The position numbers were made by a program, and so were the translations under genes. Shown here piece after piece: positions 57,155 to 64,000 of a DNA stretch of 64,000 bases. The notes under the pieces were generated by a model. The model did no database searches, was not told where the DNA came from, and saw only the letters and a list, made by a program, of their open reading frames with translations. This DNA is from Candidatus Calditenuaceae archaeon HR02 (GTDB lineage Archaea; Thermoproteota; Nitrososphaeria_A; Caldarchaeales; Calditenuaceae): positions 10,818-74,817 of the forward strand of contig BEHE01000012.1 in assembly GCA_002898395.1 (NCBI GenBank). Direction: 5' to 3'. Numbering within the stretch: the first letter of the stretch is position 1; every line of letters starts with the position of its first letter.

Positions 57155-59830
57155 CTAAGAAATCACACAGCTAGTCCAACCGCAGTCAATGCACTTCACA
57201 CAACCCTCCTGCCACACCAAGTTCCTGCTTTTACACTCAGGACATGTCTCGTATTTGTCTTCACCACCACCAGTCTCGACGCTTAAAATAGGCTCCACCC
57301 GCGACTGTGCTGACGATACTTGAAGAGGTATAGCTGCCCTTCCGACCTTCTCAGGTGCCGGAACCTTGATTTCTATGCCTAAACCTTTCATAATATTTAG
57401 TGTGTTATTCTCCACTATCGTGATGTATCTCGACTCCCTTTGGCTCGGAGTTACTAAGACTTGAGTAGACTTTGAGAGGTCCCGGTAGATTGTAATGCCC
57501 TTTAGCCCTAGTTTGTAGGCGAAGAGATACGCGTTCTTGACGTCCTCGACGGTGACCCAGCTGGGCATGTTAATAGTCTTGCTAACCGCTGCGTCCACCC
57601 AGAGCCCAACATGATACTGAGCCCTCACATGATCCCACCATGGCACATCATACGCGACCACGAAGACTCTCCTAGCCTGCTCGGGGAAGATATCTAGACC
57701 CTGTATTGAGCCCCCATTGTCAGCAACCATCTTAAAGATCTGCTCGTTATAGAGCGCCGCCTCTTTTAAGTAACTCTCGAATTCAGGGTCTATGTAGTGA
57801 AATACGCCGACCGTCACGTGTTTCTCGTAAATCAATGCGAAGACAGGTTCCAACCCCGAACTCGCGTCAACCAGCATGGATATGCTCCCAGTGGGTGCGA
57901 TCGACATTAGATGGCTGTTACGGATTCCGTGACGCTTTACGTCCTGAGCGATTTTGTCCCAGTCCATTGTCCAGAGCCCCCTATTGTAGAAGCCCTCTAC
58001 TGGGAGCAGACCGTTGACGTAATCGCTCTCCCAGTAGAGCGGGAAGACTCCCCTTTCCTTTGCACGCTCGATACTCTCACTGTACGCGTGATATGCTATG
58101 AATTCTGTTATTCTCTGCATGAGGCTGAATCCTTCCTCACTGTTGTACGGTATCCGCAGTGCGAAGAGGAGGTCTGCAAGCCCCATAAATCCCAGGCCGA
58201 TTCTGCGAGTCTTCTTTGACATCTCATCTATACTCTGGAGTGGATAGTTATTCACGTCTATCACATTGTCTAGGAACCTGTAGGCGACCTTCACAGCTTC
58301 CCGGAGCCCGTCCCAGTCGACTTCTTTCCCCTTCTCAGTAGCTTTCACGAATGCGTATAGGTTGATGGATCCTAGGTTGCAAGATTCGTACTCGTAGAGG
58401 GGCTCCTCTCCGCAGGGGTTGGTTGAAGTGATGTTGCCAAGCGCTTTTCGCAGCGGGTTTCTTCTATTGATGTTCTCGAGGAATAGGACTCCAGGGTCGG
58501 CGGTCTTCCAGGCCATCTCAGCTATGAGGTGGAATAGGTGTGAGGGGCTCTTCGACCCCCAAACCTTGCCGTCCCGCGGGTTTCTGAGCTCGTAGGGGGT
58601 GTCATTTTCGAGACATTTCATAAACTTATCATCTATGAGAACACTTATGTTGAAGTTCTCCAAGAACCCCTCCTTCTCCTTCGCTCGGATAAACTTCTCA
58701 ATGTCGGGGTGCCAGATCTCAAGGATACCCATGTTGGCACCCCTCCTCTTCCCGCCCTGCTTGACTACTTCGGTTACAGTGTCTATTATCCGCATGAAGG
58801 TTACAGGTCCCGAAGCCACTCCGGAGGTGGAGAAGACAACATCACCCTCCGGTCTCAGCTTGGAGTAGTTGATTCCTATGCCTCCCCCGCTCTTGAATAT
58901 GATAGCAGCCTCGGTCGCCGCCCTCATGATAGATTCAATATTGTCCTCAATAGGTAGGACGAAGCAGGCTGAGAGTTGGCCCAGCCTAGCCCCTGCATTA
59001 AATAGGGTCGGGCTGTTGGGCATGAACTTCTTCTCGACCATGAGGTTGTAGTAGCTTAGATAGTCGCTATAGTGGTGATCGAAGGCGCCTGAGAGAAGCA
59101 TCTCCCAGAAGACGCTCCATGGGTGCTTCATCATGCGTTGGCCATTGAGGTTGTCGTAAAGCTTTTTCATCCTCTCAAGGTGCCATCTATTCCAGTAAAC
59201 CTGATATCCTTCTCCGTTTTTGCCGAGACCAACTTTCCCAGCCCAGAATTCAGGGTTAAAGGATTCTTGGGGATGAACCTCCTGTTTAGCCTCCTTATCG
59301 AAGATTAACTGGTCATAGAGTATGTCTGGGATTACTATTAATGCAGCCACCCTTTGAAAGAGATGTTTAGGCCGCTCCGCCAGCTTACCCTCCTCATTCT
59401 TGAGAAGGTATCTACTCGCCATGAGTCTTAGAGCGTTTACAGAGAACCTCTTGTCAACTTCGTCTAGATAGTCTGTTTCAAGGATAAGCATCTTCTCCTT
59501 CCTGATACGCTCCCTCTGCTTCCTGTACAAGATATAGGACTTCGCAACCTCGTAGAGGTCGAACCTTACCAGGGCGAGCTCTACTATATCCTGAACATCC
59601 TCCACGTGCGGGGTCCGCTCTATGCCATACTTTTCTGCAATGACTTGAAGCACATACTCGACCACCTGGTCGAGGAGAGCCTCATCATACTTGTCAACCG
59701 CGATCATCGCCTTCTTTATAGCCTCGCGGATGCGGCGATAGTCAAAATCCACTATGCGGCCATCCCTCTTAACGATTTTCTTGACCGGATATCCTTCAAG
59801 TCTTATGCCCACTCCCAAACCACCGAGCAA
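57155..59830 (-). CDS. nrdJ: Adenosylcobalamin-dependent ribonucleotide reductase (class II) with ATP cone
   Basis: IVKRDG ATP cone; PNSPTLFN..LSACFV; QGGKRRGANM; TNPCGE; CNLGS; IAPTGSIS; C-terminal zinc ribbon. Start uncertain. Confidence 0.96.
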   Translation of the reverse strand: MLGGLGVGIRLEGYPVKKIVKRDGRIVDFDYRRIREAIKKAMIAVDKYDEALLDQVVEYVLQVIAEKYGIERTPHVEDVQDIVELALVRFDLYEVAKSYILYRKQRERIRKEKMLILETDYLDEVDKRFSVNALRLMASRYLLKNEEGKLAERPKHLFQRVAALIVIPDILYDQLIFDKEAKQEVHPQESFNPEFWAGKVGLGKNGEGYQVYWNRWHLERMKKLYDNLNGQRMMKHPWSVFWEMLLSGAFDHHYSDYLSYYNLMVEKKFMPNSPTLFNAGARLGQLSACFVLPIEDNIESIMRAATEAAIIFKSGGGIGINYSKLRPEGDVVFSTSGVASGPVTFMRIIDTVTEVVKQGGKRRGANMGILEIWHPDIEKFIRAKEKEGFLENFNISVLIDDKFMKCLENDTPYELRNPRDGKVWGSKSPSHLFHLIAEMAWKTADPGVLFLENINRRNPLRKALGNITSTNPCGEEPLYEYESCNLGSINLYAFVKATEKGKEVDWDGLREAVKVAYRFLDNVIDVNNYPLQSIDEMSKKTRRIGLGFMGLADLLFALRIPYNSEEGFSLMQRITEFIAYHAYSESIERAKERGVFPLYWESDYVNGLLPVEGFYNRGLWTMDWDKIAQDVKRHGIRNSHLMSIAPTGSISMLVDASSGLEPVFALIYEKHVTVGVFHYIDPEFESYLKEAALYNEQIFKMVADNGGSIQGLDIFPEQARRVFVVAYDVPWWDHVRAQYHVGLWVDAAVSKTINMPSWVTVEDVKNAYLFAYKLGLKGITIYRDLSKSTQVLVTPSQRESRYITIVENNTLNIMKGLGIEIKVPAPEKVGRAAIPLQVSSAQSRVEPILSVETGGGEDKYETCPECKSRNLVWQEGCVKCIDCGWTSCVIS

Positions 59831-59847
59831 GGCCCACTAGGTGGGCC
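59831..59847. promoter_or_regulatory. Perfect 7-bp inverted repeat just upstream of nrdJ
   Basis: GGCCCAC-tag-GTGGGCC next to a TATA-like ttatat on the minus strand. Confidence 0.35.
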
Positions 59848-60033
59848 TCATATAACTCGTTTGGCTGAACACGCTTTTAAGAGTTTTCACCCCACCCTGA
59901 AAGAAAGGAATACCGTTCATTGGGCAGCGATTGGCCATAAACTTGTCAGTGCGCCTCCCCCCTGTTAGGGCCGCGATCCCAGCCTCAGTCGCATATTAGA
60001 ATATATATCCGCTCGGAAAGGGCTAAGGCTGGA

Positions 60034-60993
60034 ATGTCAGCTAGCGTGACGCCTGAAGAGGTAGCTAGGTCGATAAGCAGCGTAGCGGTAGAAATCTTAA
60101 CAGTAGAAGAATTTATCAGCGTCTTAAAGTCCGGCAGAGTGCAGGCCTACATCGGGATTGAGCCAAGCAATATTTTACACTTGGGGACACTAGTGGCCTG
60201 TGAGCCCCTGATTAGGCTTGCCAAAGCGGGGTTTAAGACAATATTTCTTCTAGCAGATATTCATGGATGGCTCAATGATAAGGGCGAGCTGGAGCAGTTG
60301 AAGGAGATTGCGAAGCGGAACCAAGAATTCCTCTCTAAGGTTGTTAAGTCTCGGGGGGTGGAGGACTTAAACGTTGAGTTTGTCTACGGGTCGAGCTACC
60401 AGCTCAGTGAAGGTTATGTCAAGGAGTTAATGCGCCTGGCCAAGCTGGTGACCGCCTCAGAGGCTAGAAAGGCCATGGACATGATAAGTAAGAAGGATGT
60501 TATGCATAAGGTCGGGTCCGAGATCTACGCCCTCATGCAATGTCTTGACATAGGCTATCTAGGAATTAATGTCGCCGTGGGAGGATTGGATCAGAGGAGG
60601 ATTCACGTAATGGCGCGGGAGTATCTTAGAAAACTCGGTTATGCGAAACCTGTGGCAATTCATACACCTATCATACTGGGGCTGGATGGTGGGGCCAAAA
60701 TGTCTAAGAGCTTGGACAACGCTATATTTCTTGACGATGGGGAGGAGGAGGTCTCAAGAAAGGTATTCCAAGCCTTTTGCCCCGAGGGTGAACTGGATAA
60801 CAATCCATTGATTATGATTGTCGAACGAGTTGTTTTCCCCTGGCTAGGCCATTTCGAGGCGGGCGGCAAGATATATAACGATTATAGCGATTTTGTTCAA
60901 GATTGGAGGAGTGGTGTCCTGACAGCCAAAAAGCTTAAAGAGGGTCTGACCGAGGCCCTCAACGGCATACTGCGGAGAATTCAGACCTCTTAG
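60034..60993 (+). CDS. tyrS: Tyrosyl-tRNA synthetase
   Basis: YIGIEPS..LHLG; LADIHGWLN; YALMQCLD; GGLDQRRIH; KMSKS. Confidence 0.96.
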   Translation: MSASVTPEEVARSISSVAVEILTVEEFISVLKSGRVQAYIGIEPSNILHLGTLVACEPLIRLAKAGFKTIFLLADIHGWLNDKGELEQLKEIAKRNQEFLSKVVKSRGVEDLNVEFVYGSSYQLSEGYVKELMRLAKLVTASEARKAMDMISKKDVMHKVGSEIYALMQCLDIGYLGINVAVGGLDQRRIHVMAREYLRKLGYAKPVAIHTPIILGLDGGAKMSKSLDNAIFLDDGEEEVSRKVFQAFCPEGELDNNPLIMIVERVVFPWLGHFEAGGKIYNDYSDFVQDWRSGVLTAKKLKEGLTEALNGILRRIQTS

Positions 60994-61010
60994 AATATCA
61001 AATACATATC

Positions 61011-61949
61011 TTAAGACCCCGACCCTCTTAGCCTTCTCGCTATACTGCACGCCTTGTTTACAACTTCGATGGGGCTCTTTCCGAAAACATAGACGGCCGG
61101 CTCCAACCCCAAACCACCCTCATCAACCACGACATCTGCCTCAGGATTCCTCTTCAGTGCCTCGATCACGTCGAAGACCACTTCATCCTCACTCCTCACT
61201 CTATCGTTAGGCTGTGTGCTGACGGCGATGAGGCCTGCACTCTTTATTACCTCTTCCACACCCTTGACCATCTTCAAATTCATAATGCTCTTCTTCTCGG
61301 CGTTGATTCTGATGCTGCCTAGGAGGATGGAGGCTAAGTGTTTCGATGCACCGAATGCCGGCTTGCTAACTGGGACCATCCGCGTACCAATCCTAACTAT
61401 TCTGCCTGGGAACGCTGCCACGTCATTCAGGCTAGAGGCGTTGTCCAAGGCCGTTGCAATGTTTATCGAGACCTCGGGGTATAGGAGGAGTAGTTCAGGG
61501 GAGCGCTCCACCACCTCTGCTGCTAGTCTGAGCTCCTCCAAAATTCTCTCCCTCTCAAGAGGCAGCCTCACCTCCATGCCTATGCAGACCTCACAATCCG
61601 CCAGTTCGGGATAGAGTCTCCTATGTAGCCCACAGATATATCCGCTCGAGAGTAGCTTCCTCCAGGCCATGTGGATCACTTGGGTTAAGCGGGGAGCGCC
61701 CTCCGAGGCCGCGCTAACCAACGAGTTAACCAGTACATCTATCTCCTCAACCGGTATTCCGAAACTCTTCAATTTGTCAATATAGGTTGATTCGCTTCGC
61801 AGGAGGTAGCCGCTGACCGCGGCCTGGCTTACACCAAGTACGGACGATATTCTAGATTGACTGTAGCCCCGCCTCCTCAGCGCATGCGCCAGGAGTCCCC
61901 TAATGTTTGGAAGAATATACTTAAGGAGAACTTCCTCAGGAGGCCTCAT
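61011..61949 (-). CDS. HTH-ThiN fusion regulator (ThiR-like)
   Basis: SQSRISSVLGVSQAAVSGY HTH; CxxH..CxxC; PEVSINI; VAAFPGRI; FGASKHLA; GGLGLEP. Confidence 0.88.
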   Translation of the reverse strand: MRPPEEVLLKYILPNIRGLLAHALRRRGYSQSRISSVLGVSQAAVSGYLLRSESTYIDKLKSFGIPVEEIDVLVNSLVSAASEGAPRLTQVIHMAWRKLLSSGYICGLHRRLYPELADCEVCIGMEVRLPLERERILEELRLAAEVVERSPELLLLYPEVSINIATALDNASSLNDVAAFPGRIVRIGTRMVPVSKPAFGASKHLASILLGSIRINAEKKSIMNLKMVKGVEEVIKSAGLIAVSTQPNDRVRSEDEVVFDVIEALKRNPEADVVVDEGGLGLEPAVYVFGKSPIEVVNKACSIARRLRGSGS

Positions 61950-62302
61950 CCATTAGCCTCTACTTGTAGCTTCTCCTGGCGTATAGCCTTGAGAGCGGCC
62001 TCAACCGTATCTGGGTCTACCCTCCTGTAGACGCCTACTTTCAGGGAGTCGAAATTCCAAATAATCTTGGAATTCTCCACCGTGTATTCAATTTCGACCC
62101 TCACAATGTCGCCCTTTGAGAGTACCAGCTTTTCGACGAGGGCGGTATAGAGCTTCTGATTCAACTCCCCCGCAGCTCTAGCAACCTCACTAGCCTCGAG
62201 CTGACCGGTCTTCAACAGCTCCCTGTTCTGTGCAAAGAGCGCCCGGCGAATCTTGGTGGCATAGTACCCCACAATCACTGTACCGGTCTGGAGCTTCGGC
62301 AA
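61946..62302 (-). CDS. DUF2258 / ThermoDBP-related protein
   Basis: LQTGTVIVGYYATKIRRALFAQ..AAGELNQKLY..KGDIVRVEIEY. Confidence 0.8.
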   Translation of the reverse strand: MPKLQTGTVIVGYYATKIRRALFAQNRELLKTGQLEASEVARAAGELNQKLYTALVEKLVLSKGDIVRVEIEYTVENSKIIWNFDSLKVGVYRRVDPDTVEAALKAIRQEKLQVEANG

Positions 62303-62430
62303 AGCAGACCACCTATTATAAATATAATAAAAGGTTTCCCATATATATTATTACTAAGCCTTCCACTGGAGAATATCCAAGTTGAGCCAGGCCTCAAGAC
62401 TTATCGGGGGGCACGAACCTAATTGCCACG

Positions 62431-63822
62431 ATGAGTGGGATAACGGGGGAGCTTTGGAGACGCATAAACGAGAAGCGGGAAGAATACCTCGAGATTTTGA
62501 CTGGTCTACTAAGCTTCCCGAGCGTCTCGGCTACGGGAGAAGGGATGGGCGAGGCTGCCGGCCGCGTGGCAGAGGCGTTAGAGAGGGTGGGGCTCAGAAG
62601 CGAGGTTTTCACCGATCATGGTGGTTACCCAGTCGTGTGGGGGGAGCTTAGGGAGGAGCGGCATGGCACCCTTCTAATTTATAACCACTACGATGTCCAG
62701 CCACCAGACCCCCTGGAGAAATGGGCTTCACCACCCTTCCAGCCGACCATTAGAAACGGTAGAGTGTATGCTAGGGGTGCATGCGACAATAAGGGGAACC
62801 TAGCAGCAAGGCTATGTGCCTTAGACCTACTGCTGGACGCTATCGGCGAGGTACCCCTAAACATCAAGTTCCTAATAGAGGGTGAAGAGGAGATTGGCAG
62901 CCCACACCTCAGCAGGTTTTTCCAGAACCATAAAGAGCTTCTTAGCTCTGATGCCTGCCTCTGGGAGATGGGTGGAGCCAGCCCGAGCGGTAGACCACTC
63001 ATCTACCTCGGAGCCAAAGGCATACTGTACCTAGAGCTCCACGCGTCTGAGAAAAGGGCGGACCTACATTCGTCTTGGGGAGCAATTGTGCGGAACCCTG
63101 CATTCGAACTAGTCCATCTTCTCTCCTCAATAAGGGATAGGAGTGGGCGCGTACTGATAGAGGGATTCTACGACGACGTTCAGACGCCTGATAGTGAGAC
63201 AATCGCATTACTGGAGGAGACGAGCGGGTTCGAGTCCGAGGTTAGAGCCATTGCCGGGGAAGATGGACTACTATCAAATAAACCGGCTAAGGAGTTGCTT
63301 TACGACCTAACCCTCATGCCTTGCATCAACATATGCGGCATATATTCAGGCTATACCGGGCAAGGCTCAAAGACGGTTCTACCAAGCTCAGCTTTTGCCA
63401 AGCTCGACATAAGGCTTGTCCCGGGGATGAGGCCTGAAAAAGTGTTGGAGCTCGTCAAGAACCATGTAGAGAGGGTGAGTGGGGGGAGAGTCTCGGTTGT
63501 GCCTTTAGACATGGGCTATCCGGCTGCTAGGACGAGTCCAGGAGAGCCTTTTGTCGAGCTGGTATCTAAAACTGCGGAGTCGGCCTTTAACTTGAAGCCA
63601 ATAATCTATCCCTCCGCAGCAGGCTCGGGTCCTATGTACCTAGTCACCGATATCTTACGCACCCCTTGTGTAGCGGCTGGTATCGGAGACCATCAGTCAA
63701 ACATCCATGCGCCCGATGAGAGCATCTCGATAGAGAACTATCTGAGAGGAATACTTCATGTCGCCCTCATCATAGTAAACTTTGTGCCATTCATGAGAGG
63801 CGGAGTTACACCATATCTATAA
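62431..63822 (+). CDS. M20-family metallopeptidase/deacylase
   Basis: YNHYDVQP; ARGACDNKG; EGEEEIGS; DLHS; HAPDE. Confidence 0.94.
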   Translation: MSGITGELWRRINEKREEYLEILTGLLSFPSVSATGEGMGEAAGRVAEALERVGLRSEVFTDHGGYPVVWGELREERHGTLLIYNHYDVQPPDPLEKWASPPFQPTIRNGRVYARGACDNKGNLAARLCALDLLLDAIGEVPLNIKFLIEGEEEIGSPHLSRFFQNHKELLSSDACLWEMGGASPSGRPLIYLGAKGILYLELHASEKRADLHSSWGAIVRNPAFELVHLLSSIRDRSGRVLIEGFYDDVQTPDSETIALLEETSGFESEVRAIAGEDGLLSNKPAKELLYDLTLMPCINICGIYSGYTGQGSKTVLPSSAFAKLDIRLVPGMRPEKVLELVKNHVERVSGGRVSVVPLDMGYPAARTSPGEPFVELVSKTAESAFNLKPIIYPSAAGSGPMYLVTDILRTPCVAAGIGDHQSNIHAPDESISIENYLRGILHVALIIVNFVPFMRGGVTPYL

Positions 63823-63889
63823 TTGGGAAGCAGGGGTCGACATAACTCTTGGATGTTAAGGATTATGTTAGGGATCGTGAGTTAAGGAC

Positions 63890-64000
63890 TATCTTCTCGA
63901 TTTGTTTCTCAGGTTTTGTGTTGCATTTAACCTGTTCTGTGTTTATGTATTGTTGGTGTTTTGAGCAGTATTTAAATCCCTTACCATATCCACCACTCGT
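63890..64000 (-). repeat. Dispersed TATA-containing repeat, copy 4 (cut by window edge)
   Basis: Reverse complement agtggtggatatggtaagggatttaaatactgctcaaaacaccaacaatacataaacacagaacagg..atgcaacacaaaacc..gaagata. Confidence 0.9.

Noticed and set aside
57155-59830. Intein in nrdJ
   Set aside because: No intein terminal or LAGLIDADG motifs seen; the extra segment after the ATP cone looks like an ordinary insertion

Overview
Archaeal chromosomal segment, roughly 50% GC by eye. Gene content suggests a thermophilic TACK lineage such as Caldarchaeales/Aigarchaeota (inference: SMC-ScpA-ScpB, Topo VI, non-catalytic splicing endonuclease subunit, DUF2258). It is mostly housekeeping: condensin, a fragment of the ribosomal superoperon, sdhCDB, aRF1, PyrH, two deoxyhypusine synthases, PheRS, TyrRS, class II RNR and three tRNAs (two with BHB introns). 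No CRISPR array was seen. The most notable signals are: (1) a decayed IS1111-type (IS110 family) element inserted precisely inside the terminal inverted repeat of an IS6 element, with a candidate bridge/seek RNA region; (2) a four-copy dispersed 110-165 bp repeat carrying a perfect TATA box, linked in one copy to a LAGLIDADG remnant and supplying the likely promoter and start codon of thrB in another; (3) an aRF1 gene whose best-placed ATGs run into an in-frame UAG one base out of frame with the coding body; (4) a second -1 frameshift at an A_AAA_AAG site in a polyprenol kinase-like gene; (5) a MenA-like prenyltransferase fused to and clustered with PNPOx-like domains, divergent from etfBA. 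All calls come from reading the sequence; no searches were run.
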